Part shown: positions 15,196 to 24,860 of the stretch, in pieces | Position numbering within the stretch: the first letter of the stretch is position 1 | Layout of the letters: the number at the start of each line of letters is the position of its first letter | Origin: a virus | Taxonomy: Duplodnaviria > Caudoviricetes | DNA length: 48,872 bases | IMG/VR virus record: IMGVR_UViG_3300014161_000005 | Coordinates: 1 to 48,872 of that record | Reading direction: 5' to 3' (one strand) | Notes under the pieces: model-generated | The model's input: the letters and a program-made list of their open reading frames with translations, nothing else | Databases searched by the model: none | Told to the model about the DNA's origin: nothing | Translations under genes and position numbers: made by a program

Positions 15196-16011
15196 TCAAG
15201 CTGCTTTCATTGCGGCCAGCAAGCCATTCAGGTCGAGGCCGGTTGGACTTTCATTCTGTGCGTTCAGCCAATCGTTTGTAACAACAATGTGGCCTTCGTC
15301 GATATAGGCTCCCATGAAGAGGGTCGATGCGGGAATCCAAAGGCCCCATGAACGCATCTTTCCGCCAAGCGACCCTTCGCCTGCCTGGTCAATGCAATGG
15401 CCACCGCCGATGCGAAGTCCAGGGCCGAAATTCCAGTTATCTGTATCCTCTTCACACTTCTCCGGGCACTGGATGCCAAGATAACGACCACCAAATGTGT
15501 AGGAGGCCCAACGTCCGAGCGCGAAGCTGGAGATGTCGAGAGATGCCCAGCCGACGATCTGGCTGACAGACTTTCGGCCAGAACGATGCGTGACCTCGAA
15601 TCCGGTCTTCTTCCAGCGATCCAGCACATCGGTCAGCACAACTCCGTTGTCCGTTTCATCTGGATTGTTGATGTCGAACCCAAAGTCCGAATAGAAATCA
15701 AGCACCTGGGCGGTTGTAGGCACAATCGGATCGTCGGGATGCGAATTGCACGACATGATTTGAGCCAGCCCGTAAGCGCCTGCCGGTCCACAGCAGCCTA
15801 CGCCATTCGGTATCTGCGGCGGATTGTCTGGTGCCGGACCATTGCCGAGCATACTCATCTCATCGGCGGGGACTGCGAACTCCCAGCCCTGGGCTGGAAC
15901 CGGAGGCCAGGTCTTCGCTGTATCCAGATAATCCGATAGGGCTACATGGCGCGGCAGGCGAACCGGCGGAAGTTTGCCGCCTTTGAATTTATTGAATCCC
16001 ATAGTGGTCAT
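15196..16011 (-). CDS. Papain-fold-like cysteine peptidase
   Basis: GN...VGCCGPA (Cys), DNG, GGHCI (His) and SWG motifs. Confidence 0.7.
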   Translation of the reverse strand: MTTMGFNKFKGGKLPPVRLPRHVALSDYLDTAKTWPPVPAQGWEFAVPADEMSMLGNGPAPDNPPQIPNGVGCCGPAGAYGLAQIMSCNSHPDDPIVPTTAQVLDFYSDFGFDINNPDETDNGVVLTDVLDRWKKTGFEVTHRSGRKSVSQIVGWASLDISSFALGRWASYTFGGRYLGIQCPEKCEEDTDNWNFGPGLRIGGGHCIDQAGEGSLGGKMRSWGLWIPASTLFMGAYIDEGHIVVTNDWLNAQNESPTGLDLNGLLAAMKAA

Positions 16012-16032
16012 CTCCGTTTCAGGTTAGCCAGT

Positions 16033-16317
16033 TCATTGCGCGGCTGGCGGGTTTGCATCCGGCGCAGGTGAGACGGTGGTGGTCTTGGATAGCGTCGTCT
16101 CAGTGGTTGTCGTCTGGATGCTGGGTAGCGGCGACTGTTTCAAGTAGAGTCCAAGCGCAAGCAGCGCGCTGGCACCGCAAGCCTCGCCGAGCTTGATGAG
16201 CCCCGGCCCGGTGAAGTTGAATGTTAGCGGAGCGATGATGACCAGCGGAATGGCTCCGCCAGCCGCTCCGATTGCCGTCGCGAATAATCCGTACACCCAT
16301 TTTTCCAGTGAACTCAT
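16033..16317 (-). CDS. Putative holin
   Basis: Two TMs, YLKQSPLP; located in the lysis cassette. Confidence 0.6.
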   Translation of the reverse strand: MSSLEKWVYGLFATAIGAAGGAIPLVIIAPLTFNFTGPGLIKLGEACGASALLALGLYLKQSPLPSIQTTTTETTLSKTTTVSPAPDANPPAAQ

Positions 16318-16712
16318 TGTGGTTTCTCCTCTTTTGGTGCGTTTGCGGTGATCGGTTCCGGTTCCAAGCGCATGACCCTCATGCGTTCCGCCATGATCGG
16401 CTGCGCTTCGAGTTTAATCTCGTTCACGGCCTGCTGTGCCTGCATCTGGGCGAACATGGCCTTGGCGATGCGGCGCTCCTGTGCAGGCAGATTCTCGTCG
16501 AGCAGATTGAAATGCCGCTGGTAGTCGTTCAACGTCTGCCAGAGCCGGTCGTGTTCGGCCTGTTCTTTGACTGCGCGTTGAACGTCAGCCTGTCGCTGCG
16601 CAGCGATGTTGGCCTGGTCAGCCTTGTGTGTCTGGTAGGCAGGGAAGCCCACGCCTGCGGCGCTGCCCACGATGCCTGTCCAGATCGCTATAGCGTGAAG
16701 GTCCATGCCCAC
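16314..16712 (-). CDS. N-terminal TM plus coiled-coil protein (lysis-associated)
   Basis: TM at residues ~6-25, then a helical Q/A-rich region. Confidence 0.6.
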   Translation of the reverse strand: MGMDLHAIAIWTGIVGSAAGVGFPAYQTHKADQANIAAQRQADVQRAVKEQAEHDRLWQTLNDYQRHFNLLDENLPAQERRIAKAMFAQMQAQQAVNEIKLEAQPIMAERMRVMRLEPEPITANAPKEEKPQ

Positions 16713-16721
16713 AATCCTACA

Positions 16722-16985
16722 TCAACTTTCAGCAACGCGCCCGCTAGTTCGCACAGCCGCGTTGTAGCCGTCTTTCCACTCTTCAAGCCGACCAATCTGT
16801 ACATCATGCACGCTCAGGCGATCGGCCTGTTTCGCAATTATGGCTTTATGGTCGTCGGCCCGCTTCGTAAGACCCGACACCTTCTCGGTCACGATCCCCC
16901 ACATTATCAGCCCCGGGCCTACTACGCAAATAAGCGTGAGCGCGGAGATAATAGCTGAAACTGCTGCCCAATTCATGTTATCCAC
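16722..16985 (-). CDS. TM plus coiled-coil protein (holin/antiholin-like)
   Basis: AAGGAG RBS; NWAAVSAIISALTLICVV TM. Confidence 0.6.
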   Translation of the reverse strand: MDNMNWAAVSAIISALTLICVVGPGLIMWGIVTEKVSGLTKRADDHKAIIAKQADRLSVHDVQIGRLEEWKDGYNAAVRTSGRVAES

Positions 16986-17005
16986 TCTATTCTCCTTGGC
17001 CCAAT

Positions 17006-17374
17006 TTATGGCAGCGCAAATCGCCATTCAAAGTATCGCACTCCGCTTCCAATCCCGACAGCGTGTCCCGCGATCCCCACGGCAGGCACCAGCACCCACC
17101 ACTTGCTGCCCGACTTCTTCAACTCGTAGCTGGCCAGCACTTCCGCCGCCGACACCCCGGTAATCACGCCGAACTGTCCCCACGCGCTCGAAGGCATCCA
17201 AGGGTTCGCCTCATGGCAGGTGTCGGCCCGGATGCAGTCCTGCGTCACCATCGTGTCCGCCAACCCCATCATGTACTGAGCGCCGTTGAGCAAGATGAAC
17301 GGCCTGTCTACTACGCGCTGAGGCTGCTGCGCGAAGCAGGTAGCGGAGAGAGCGAGAATGAGTAAATAGCGCAT
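17006..17374 (-). CDS. Secreted/membrane protein with a signal peptide
   Basis: MRYLLILALSATCFA|QQ signal; C...CHEANP; two C-terminal hydrophobic segments. Confidence 0.7.
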   Translation of the reverse strand: MRYLLILALSATCFAQQPQRVVDRPFILLNGAQYMMGLADTMVTQDCIRADTCHEANPWMPSSAWGQFGVITGVSAAEVLASYELKKSGSKWWVLVPAVGIAGHAVGIGSGVRYFEWRFALP

Positions 17375-18693
17375 TACATCGTTTCCCATGCGTAAACGCT
17401 TCCGGTGTAGGTACATCCTACTTGAACCGTATCGGTTCCTGCTCCTGCCGCTGGTACGTATGCAGTTCCCGGTGTAAAAGCAGACGCATCGCTTACCCAT
17501 GCGGTGCTTGCTACCGTTGTCGAGCCGCAGTCGGAAAGCACTTTCCCGGCGGCGCTGTAGATTGTACCTGCCCCGACGAGTCCGTAAAATAAGTTACCGT
17601 TATTGCTCGAAGTTATCCCAGTATTTGGCAATGTTCCTGAGATAGAACTAGCGCCAATTTGCCCAAACAATATCCACGTGCCGCCTCCGATAAAATTAGC
17701 CTGCGAACTTACAACTTCCACATAAGAGGCATAGAGTGACGCGACATTTTCCGCTCCTAAACTGGATGAAATGATCGAAATTCCTGCTCCATCCAGATAG
17801 CCTGTGCCGGCAAAACTGGAGTTAATCAAGGTGTATCCAGCCCATGACGCGCCTGTTTGCAAACTAACATTGCACGATGAAGTGTAGTTAACAACTTCAA
17901 TATATGCACCATTCAAGTTTTTGATAGACAAACATCCAGAAAGTGAATCGCCCTCATCAGCATCATTGATGAAATCAATTTGCGATCCGCAACAATTCCC
18001 GGTGTCGAACGCGATATGCGTAGCGCTAGAAGTCGTAAATTCCACGATGAGATCGCGTACAATTTGATTGTTATCGAAAACGACGTTTGAAGTGTCGAAC
18101 GTGATCGCAGAGGTAGCACCGTCGTATTGCAAGAATTGACTGTTCCCATAAAATGCCGTTCCACGATGAAGGGTTAGACCTACTGTTCCAACATCTATTT
18201 GCGTTCCTCCACTTGGATCGTCTGGTATGTAAACGGCGGGGGGGTATGTGTCGAGCACGGCCTGCACCGCAACGTGATCGTCCGTCGTTCCATCGCACGT
18301 TGCAGTCGAAGGCGGCGCACAGAGATTGACTGCATAGAGTGGAATTTCCCCAATTGTGTTTCCGCTACCGTCCACCTTGAAGAAAATCGGTGACATATCC
18401 GCATCTGGAGACGGCGTTGTGCTGTTCAGGTTTGCCGTTGACAACGCGCTGCCGCCATTGACACTCATGGCTGTGCCGGAGCCGGAGCCGCCCGCCAACG
18501 CAGCTCTATGGCCCGTATTGTCGCACCCGTAGTAGGTACCCGCGTACCACTGGAGAGGCGAAGGATTTGTGCAGGCGTTGCCTGTGGGATCGCCGGCTAC
18601 TTTCTCAATCGCCGGACTGCTCACCTGCCCGCCGCTCGCCGCCGCAGCCGCGAACAGCACCGTAAGCGTTGAAATCTTTGCAAACCGATTCAT
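17374..18693 (-). CDS. Tailspike-like beta-helix protein with a signal peptide
   Basis: CDGTTDDHVAVQAVLD...VYIP is the pectate-lyase-3-like start. N-terminal Sec-like signal. Confidence 0.7.
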   Translation of the reverse strand: MNRFAKISTLTVLFAAAAASGGQVSSPAIEKVAGDPTGNACTNPSPLQWYAGTYYGCDNTGHRAALAGGSGSGTAMSVNGGSALSTANLNSTTPSPDADMSPIFFKVDGSGNTIGEIPLYAVNLCAPPSTATCDGTTDDHVAVQAVLDTYPPAVYIPDDPSGGTQIDVGTVGLTLHRGTAFYGNSQFLQYDGATSAITFDTSNVVFDNNQIVRDLIVEFTTSSATHIAFDTGNCCGSQIDFINDADEGDSLSGCLSIKNLNGAYIEVVNYTSSCNVSLQTGASWAGYTLINSSFAGTGYLDGAGISIISSSLGAENVASLYASYVEVVSSQANFIGGGTWILFGQIGASSISGTLPNTGITSSNNGNLFYGLVGAGTIYSAAGKVLSDCGSTTVASTAWVSDASAFTPGTAYVPAAGAGTDTVQVGCTYTGSVYAWETM

Positions 18694-18702
18694 TCCGTCT
18701 CC

Positions 18703-21306
18703 TTATTCCACCGTCAAACCTGTTGCCGTTGAGCTTCCGCAAGCCGCTGCCGTAATCGTAAGCGAACCCGCCGGAAGCACAGCTCCCGCAGTTAAGCAGC
18801 GATAGACTGTATTTGATCCGACAGCCAGGCTTATTCCCACAAGGCTGGGAGACGACTCCACTTCTACTGTGACGTACAATGTAGCCCCCGCACCCGCTGT
18901 GCCGGAAATGAGAGCGGTGTTGCCCGCAGAATAAATGTCCTGCAAAGCGCCCCGGTTGCCGCCGCCCGTGTTGTATGCCGATTGAATAAGGATCGTGCCG
19001 CTCGACGCTACAAACGCAGTAGACGTGTTGAGTTGATTCAGCGCAGCAATGGTGTAGCTGTTCGGCGATTGATAAGTCGATATGCTGTAGGTTGCGCCCT
19101 GACTCCCAGCCGAAGTTTTCCCGAAAGCCAGAGCGCCTGAATACTCATTGATGCACACGAGAGCATTCACGCTCGCAGACCAGTCGATTGCCGTAATGCT
19201 GCCGCCCGAAACTCCATAAATCGCTGCGTAATTGGCGCTGGTGGCGATCAGCGGAATGGGATTGCTCGCCTGATCGGTGATGCTGGTAATCGGCGTGCCG
19301 GAGTCATTGAAGTAGGCAATGACCAGCGTATTCCCCGCCGCTGCGGGCGTGTAGGAGATTGGGCTGCTGGTCGAGCATTTCGGAGTCCCGGCAAGAGCTA
19401 TATTATTTCCTGAGTTCAGTTGCGCCGCGCCGGGCAACTGTGTCACCAGCGCGTAGGTGCCTGACACGCTGGGCTCGGTAAGCGCGATGCTGGTAGAGCC
19501 GCCCGCGTAGTGCGTCAACGGCATATAAAGCGTGCTCGCTGAGGATAGATTTGTGTTTCCGTTGAATCCCACGCCGCCATAGAAATTGGTTGTCGAGCTT
19601 GAATTTGTCGTGAATGACTTGTTGACCGTAATGTTGTCTTCGACTAAATCCGCGTAGACATTGGAACTGGGTTTCGAGTTGGGGCGATAGAAGGGGGCAT
19701 CCGCGGCCTCCACCATCTCCGCCTGAATGCCGTTGCAGCCGTGGATGTACCAGCCGGTACTAACGTTGTCGCACCATGACGGAAGGGCACCTCCGTCATT
19801 GTTCCAAAACTCTTGCAGCGAAGCGAGCGCCGATCCAGTCACGAAGTTGTCGGTCAGTGCGCATCCCACGTTCACGTTCATGCCGTTGAGAAATGCACAG
19901 TCATTGTGAATGTCGTTGTTGTACTGCTCTATCGGCGCTCCGTTCAAGCCGCCGCGCTGGCGGTAAATATCAAAAGCTAATACAAAGCCGCCGCCTGATG
20001 TGATCGCTGCCGGAGTCACGCCCACGCCCAAGATATGTACGCTGCCGCTGTTCACTGTGGGCGTGATGGTCAATGTGTAGGTTCCAGGCGGCCGACTCAG
20101 TACCAGTCCCCGGCTATTCGTCTGACCCAGCTCATCTGAACAGACTGAGTAAGTAGGACCATCGGATGCAGAGAACGGGGTAGGCGGAGCGGTCGTGTAC
20201 TGGTATGGGTAGGGATTGGCTGAGTCTGACAGCGTGAAAGTTCCCGAATCGCCGTTGATGCACTCATACAGCAGAACCGGCTGCTGCATTTCTGCGGTGG
20301 TGGTGTAGCTGATGACTAGAGGTGCGGCAGCACCGCTTGTCGTTTCAAGTCCTGTGATTCTTGAGAACGTTGTGTCTACGGTCCAATTAGAGGGAGCCGA
20401 CGGCATCGTGATCCATCCGATTGAAAAGTCGAGCCCTAAGATGCCTGCACCGTACACGCTGTTAAACGTGTTCTCGAAGGCCCCGGGCCCCGAGAAGTTT
20501 ACATCGTTGACGCCGGGATTCCATGTATAGAGAACTCCTGCTGCGCCCGGGAACACGTTATTGAAAACGGCGTTTGTTTGGTCGGCTACGCCCTTGCCTG
20601 AGTCAGCATAATTCACGCGCGAGCCTAGTCCCCCCACAGTCTGCCACAGGAGGTAGGGGTACTGCTGATCGGGGTAGGTTGAATCTTGTGTGCGTGAATC
20701 ACCGAAGGAAGTAAGTCCGCCGGTCCATCCAGTCAACGGCAAGGTTGCCCAGAGTCCGGTGATGCTTGCCAACGGGGGACCGGAAATCGCACCATTGCCC
20801 AGCGAAGACGTTTGCAAGCTGCTTGGCGCAATTGAGTTGCCGTTTACGATGTTGGTTGCGGCGCCTTGCACAGTCGTTGCGCCCGTACAGCCATTCGCAA
20901 TGGTGTTCCCTGAGATGCATCCGAAGCCCGCAATACCAGGAGTCACATCGGTCAGCGTCACAGGGGCTGTATACGCGTTCGGTGGATACCCACCGCTCAG
21001 CACCACATCGTAGGCTTGCGACAAAGGAGCGTAGATCGGCGGAATCGACCCGTTCGTGTTCGCGGTAAACGGGCTCTGTGGGGTGGTCGTCGCCAGTGTC
21101 TGAGTTCCCGTCAGATACACCGTGACGGTACAGGAGGGGATCACGCCCATCTGATAGTTGCTGGACTTCAAGCCGGAAACCTGTGCCTGAGTACCGGGGA
21201 GAGTGCAGGCGTAAATGGGGAGAACGGCAGTCTGAGCATGTGTCAGAACGGGGGTAGCAGCGAAGAGAAAAAACCATGCGATTCTCTTGAACATCAACAG
21301 CCTCAT
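18703..21306 (-). CDS. Tail fibre/spike-like protein with an SGNH (GDSL) esterase domain and a signal peptide
   Basis: FGDS, SG, GVND and IH blocks; MFKRIAWFFLFAATPVLTHA|Q signal. Confidence 0.75.
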   Translation of the reverse strand: MRLLMFKRIAWFFLFAATPVLTHAQTAVLPIYACTLPGTQAQVSGLKSSNYQMGVIPSCTVTVYLTGTQTLATTTPQSPFTANTNGSIPPIYAPLSQAYDVVLSGGYPPNAYTAPVTLTDVTPGIAGFGCISGNTIANGCTGATTVQGAATNIVNGNSIAPSSLQTSSLGNGAISGPPLASITGLWATLPLTGWTGGLTSFGDSRTQDSTYPDQQYPYLLWQTVGGLGSRVNYADSGKGVADQTNAVFNNVFPGAAGVLYTWNPGVNDVNFSGPGAFENTFNSVYGAGILGLDFSIGWITMPSAPSNWTVDTTFSRITGLETTSGAAAPLVISYTTTAEMQQPVLLYECINGDSGTFTLSDSANPYPYQYTTAPPTPFSASDGPTYSVCSDELGQTNSRGLVLSRPPGTYTLTITPTVNSGSVHILGVGVTPAAITSGGGFVLAFDIYRQRGGLNGAPIEQYNNDIHNDCAFLNGMNVNVGCALTDNFVTGSALASLQEFWNNDGGALPSWCDNVSTGWYIHGCNGIQAEMVEAADAPFYRPNSKPSSNVYADLVEDNITVNKSFTTNSSSTTNFYGGVGFNGNTNLSSASTLYMPLTHYAGGSTSIALTEPSVSGTYALVTQLPGAAQLNSGNNIALAGTPKCSTSSPISYTPAAAGNTLVIAYFNDSGTPITSITDQASNPIPLIATSANYAAIYGVSGGSITAIDWSASVNALVCINEYSGALAFGKTSAGSQGATYSISTYQSPNSYTIAALNQLNTSTAFVASSGTILIQSAYNTGGGNRGALQDIYSAGNTALISGTAGAGATLYVTVEVESSPSLVGISLAVGSNTVYRCLTAGAVLPAGSLTITAAACGSSTATGLTVE

Positions 21307-21355
21307 TTTCCGAGGCCGTTCGCGGGCGGGCAATACGACAAGTCTTTCCCATTCA

Positions 21356-21411
21356 GCATACCCCCACTACGGCGTTTCCCGCTACCATTTTCATGGTTTT
21401 GGGTTTATGCT
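21356..21411. promoter_or_regulatory. Divergent -10 boxes (TATGCT on each strand)
   Basis: Minus-strand GGGGGTATGCT toward the spike gene; plus-strand TATGCT at 21406-21411, 7 nt before ATG 21419. Confidence 0.4.
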
Positions 21412-21418
21412 TCTTGAT

Positions 21419-21946
21419 ATGGAAAATCTGACTGTGACATCCGAACCCGCCCCCAAGCCTACATCGAAGCCCAGGAAACGCAAGATGAATGCTGCCAAGC
21501 GTAAAGCCATGAGCGAAGCCGCAAAGCTCCGCTGGGCCGCAAAGAAAACAGGGAACACATCTGTCCCGGTACAGGCCCCGCAACCGTCCGCTCCACCCCC
21601 GCCTGCCGTGCTCAAGCTCCAAGAGCAGGTCGTAGGTCTCGTCTCCCAACGCAGTAACGCGCGTCAACGGCTCTCCGAGGCTCATTCAGCCTACATGCTT
21701 GCCCAGAGTGCGCTCCAAGCCGCCGAAGCTGACGTCAGAGGTACGGAGCAGGATGCCCAATACCTCCTTGGGCTGATCGCTCAGTTGGAGAACCGGATAC
21801 CCAATCCGGCACCCGCCCCCGTGCTCCAGATGCCCAACTCGATGGCGGGCGTCTCATCCGAACCGGCGCCGCAACCCAAGCCGCAAGCGAACTACGCTAT
21901 GGGGTCAGCCGACGATCTACGGCGAGAACTACGCGGAATGATGTAG
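21419..21946 (+). CDS. Basic-helix plus coiled-coil protein (possible nucleic-acid binding)
   Basis: KRKMNAAKRKAMSEAAKLRWAAKK followed by a coiled coil; antisense to the late operon. Confidence 0.75.
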   Translation: MENLTVTSEPAPKPTSKPRKRKMNAAKRKAMSEAAKLRWAAKKTGNTSVPVQAPQPSAPPPPAVLKLQEQVVGLVSQRSNARQRLSEAHSAYMLAQSALQAAEADVRGTEQDAQYLLGLIAQLENRIPNPAPAPVLQMPNSMAGVSSEPAPQPKPQANYAMGSADDLRRELRGMM

Positions 21947-22843
21947 CTTTAGGAAGCCTAGCCCCTCGGAAGGTTCCAAGCCTCTCGGACAGCAGGCACG
22001 AAAAGGGCATGGACGTGTTCGATCAAAGCAAACCGACAACTGAGGCTCTGGAGGAGTTTTGGTCTCCTGAATCCGTGACAGCTTGGCCTCCGCCAGGTGC
22101 AATATCGCATCAACTTGTTCCGGCACGTCTACCTGATGAATCTGCACCACTTCCGGCAGCAATCCGTCCTCAACCAGCGTGTCCAGCCATGCTTCGCGGC
22201 TGAAGTTTGATTGCTCCCTAAAGATGGGCTTCCAAGCGCCATCGAAGCCGGTCCCGTCCCGCTTGCGGAATCTCAAGGTCTTCGCCACCGGATGCGTCCA
22301 TCCCTTGCATAGCGGGCCATGCCGCCGCCCATTCCGTTCCTGCCCCAAAACCACTACCACGAGGTCCATCGGAACGCCATAAATTGCTGATTCCAGAGTC
22401 CTCCAGTCATGCTCGGCTTCGAGTTGGCGGTAAATGTTCCACGTGGAACACAGAACAACCCTCCGTAGATGGCTCTCAGAGGGGTCTAGGAAGGCTGATG
22501 GGCTCCAGACATGGTTTCCTACCTTAATCGGCTCCGGGCGCGTCCAGCGGGCTCCTGGGCGCAGCAAATAGCATGTAAACGCGGCTATCGCTGCCAGATG
22601 TTCGGCTTCCCCTAGAATGTCGGTTTGGGGTGAGTCGAGTCCCCTGCTTGTCGCCAGTTCCATCAAGGCTTCAGAAGCCACGTCTGAGGGGTCTGAGTCG
22701 GTGGTATCCGTCAGGCCAGCTTCCACGGCTCGGTAAAGGGCTTCTATCGGGGGGATGGCGGGAGCCTGCCACCGCTGCTCAAGATAGGCTCTCAAACGGC
22801 AGAGATCATCGCTAACGAGCGTGGGTGCGGTAGTATTCGGCAT
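21929..22843 (-). CDS. Cas4/AddB-like Fe-S protein, catalytic motif not recognisable
   Basis: N-terminal Cys (DDLCRLRAY) plus C-terminal C-x6-CPFRACC. Confidence 0.55.
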   Translation of the reverse strand: MPNTTAPTLVSDDLCRLRAYLEQRWQAPAIPPIEALYRAVEAGLTDTTDSDPSDVASEALMELATSRGLDSPQTDILGEAEHLAAIAAFTCYLLRPGARWTRPEPIKVGNHVWSPSAFLDPSESHLRRVVLCSTWNIYRQLEAEHDWRTLESAIYGVPMDLVVVVLGQERNGRRHGPLCKGWTHPVAKTLRFRKRDGTGFDGAWKPIFREQSNFSREAWLDTLVEDGLLPEVVQIHQVDVPEQVDAILHLAEAKLSRIQETKTPPEPQLSVCFDRTRPCPFRACCPRGLEPSEGLGFLKLHHSA

Positions 22844-24860
22844 CTTGCTGCAACTTTTTGGTCTTCGGTCCACGGACGGCAGTTGCGCCGATCAAAGCGG
22901 CCAAAGTGGGGCTGACTTTGATGCCCTTCCTTTGTGCGGCTTGGGCTACCTGCTTCAAGCCGTCCGTGAGCTTGATGCGGTCGGCATAGGGGAGTTTTGC
23001 CAGCGCGTCTATTTCCCCCGCTGGAGGCCGGGACAGGAATTCCATCACGCCGGGATGGGAAATAATCTTCGCCAAAATAGCCGGACTAAGCGCATACGCC
23101 GCTGTTCCAACTGCCGAGCCGACTTCCGCCCCAAATCCGTGACCGAACACGGCCCCTATGATTGTCCCAACGCCGGCAGATCCGATAAGTCGCGCAACCT
23201 GAAACTTGTTTAGCCCACTCTCGCCCCTGGCCCACTTCCTTACCAACTCCTCGCGCAACGCTCGCGTGTTGACTTCGGGCACTTCGACAGCCTTTGTCTT
23301 GGGAGGCTCTACCGGTTTTTCCTCTGGATATGTTGGAGTCTCAACCTTCGGTCTTGTCGCGTCCGTGGGCAATTTGGAAAGCCGCTCATTGGCCGCGTCC
23401 ACATCCCGCAGCAGAGGGGAAATGCCCGGATCAAACGAGTCAAGCAAGCGTAGCGTGTATTCATCGGCCTGCCTATCGGTATAGTCTGAGGCTCTTCCCG
23501 AAACGGCCTTTCCTGCGCGATTGTTGATGATGTCGGATGACTTCCCAAAGGTCTGTTTCATGCGCCGCCAATAGTTGCGAGCATCCTTGAGAGCAGCGCC
23601 TTGACCGTGATCGTCCGCGATGCGCTGCATCTCGTCTCCAACGGCATCATGGAGAATGTCGTAGGCGTGATAGGTTTCCCCTTCGAGAGTCCCCTTGGAA
23701 AGTAGGGGACCGAGCTTTGAGTAGAACCCCTGCAACTCGTCGTAAGTCATCGCGCCGCGTGGCATCCCGTCAACACCGCGACCGTTTAACCGCTCATCAA
23801 ACTCCTTTACCAACGGAGGCATCTTGTCGCCGGAGATCGACTCGGTGGCGTCAGCGAGGGCCTCCCGCGTTTTCTCGGGATCAGCCTCATACCGATCCAA
23901 TTCGCTATTTACACCGCTGTACTTCTCGTTGCCCACTTCCAGCGCATCGTGACGGGCTTTCTCAGTGCGAACGTCAGCCTCTTCCAGTTTGTTGTCAACG
24001 TAGGACTCAAGGCCAGCCCTCGCGTCAGGGATAGCTTTCGCTGCGGCGTTCGTTTGTTCCGCATCCGCTTTATCGGCGAGATACTTCACATGAGCATTGA
24101 CGTTCTTCTGTGCGGCTTCGCGCAAATCCTGCTCATACTTAGATAGGGCGGCACGATTGTTTGCTTCAGTGGTTTTGGCAGATTCCCCAGCACTCTTCGC
24201 GGTCGTCCCGACCTGTTCTTCTACTACCTTGCGGCCAGCACCAGCCAGAGATTGAGCCGTGCCTCGTAGACCTTCCCTCAACTTGCCAGCCTTCTCCATT
24301 AATCCCTTCGTTACCGGCCCGACCACTTCCCCCATTGCTCTCCCGGCCTCAATGCCGCCGAGGATGTTGCCCATCGCATAGTCGGGGTTTTCCTTGATCT
24401 GCTCCCACTGAGATTTCAGTCTGTCGAGTGAGGCTTGCTTTGCCGCCTTTTGCCTCGGATTCAGGCCAGCATCGGGGAATATCTGATTCAGCGCATCAGC
24501 GGCCATCTGCGCCGTTCCGTAGATGGAACTAAGCGGATGCAGCAAAAGAGTCGCACCAGCCGAAGCGACGCCTAATGTCGCGTTTGATACACCCTCAAAC
24601 GCCGCGCCGGGATACTTGCCCATCGTGGATTCGATCCCGCCACGCTCCTCTGCGGACAGCGGCCTGAACACATTGATGACATCGTTCTTGCCGCGTTCGA
24701 TTCCTTCGAGGATGCCGGGACTTTCCGGGGGAGAACCGGCTTCGGATAGCGGCTTCCCCCCGATGCCCTTCTTTTTGAAGTAGGCGATCGCTGCGGGCTT
24801 GTCTGTGCCATCGGGGAATTGGTATTCAGCCCCGTCAGGTCCAATGACTTTCACTGGCAT
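22812..24860 (-). CDS. DNA ejection / internal virion protein
   Basis: 682 aa, helical and Ala/Gly-rich, with a late hydrophobic segment; position after the tail genes. Confidence 0.65.
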   Translation of the reverse strand: MPVKVIGPDGAEYQFPDGTDKPAAIAYFKKKGIGGKPLSEAGSPPESPGILEGIERGKNDVINVFRPLSAEERGGIESTMGKYPGAAFEGVSNATLGVASAGATLLLHPLSSIYGTAQMAADALNQIFPDAGLNPRQKAAKQASLDRLKSQWEQIKENPDYAMGNILGGIEAGRAMGEVVGPVTKGLMEKAGKLREGLRGTAQSLAGAGRKVVEEQVGTTAKSAGESAKTTEANNRAALSKYEQDLREAAQKNVNAHVKYLADKADAEQTNAAAKAIPDARAGLESYVDNKLEEADVRTEKARHDALEVGNEKYSGVNSELDRYEADPEKTREALADATESISGDKMPPLVKEFDERLNGRGVDGMPRGAMTYDELQGFYSKLGPLLSKGTLEGETYHAYDILHDAVGDEMQRIADDHGQGAALKDARNYWRRMKQTFGKSSDIINNRAGKAVSGRASDYTDRQADEYTLRLLDSFDPGISPLLRDVDAANERLSKLPTDATRPKVETPTYPEEKPVEPPKTKAVEVPEVNTRALREELVRKWARGESGLNKFQVARLIGSAGVGTIIGAVFGHGFGAEVGSAVGTAAYALSPAILAKIISHPGVMEFLSRPPAGEIDALAKLPYADRIKLTDGLKQVAQAAQRKGIKVSPTLAALIGATAVRGPKTKKLQQDAEYYRTHAR

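Noticed and set aside
21929-22843. Part of a CRISPR-Cas locus
   Set aside because: No cas1/cas2 or array; solo Cas4-like genes are common in phages.
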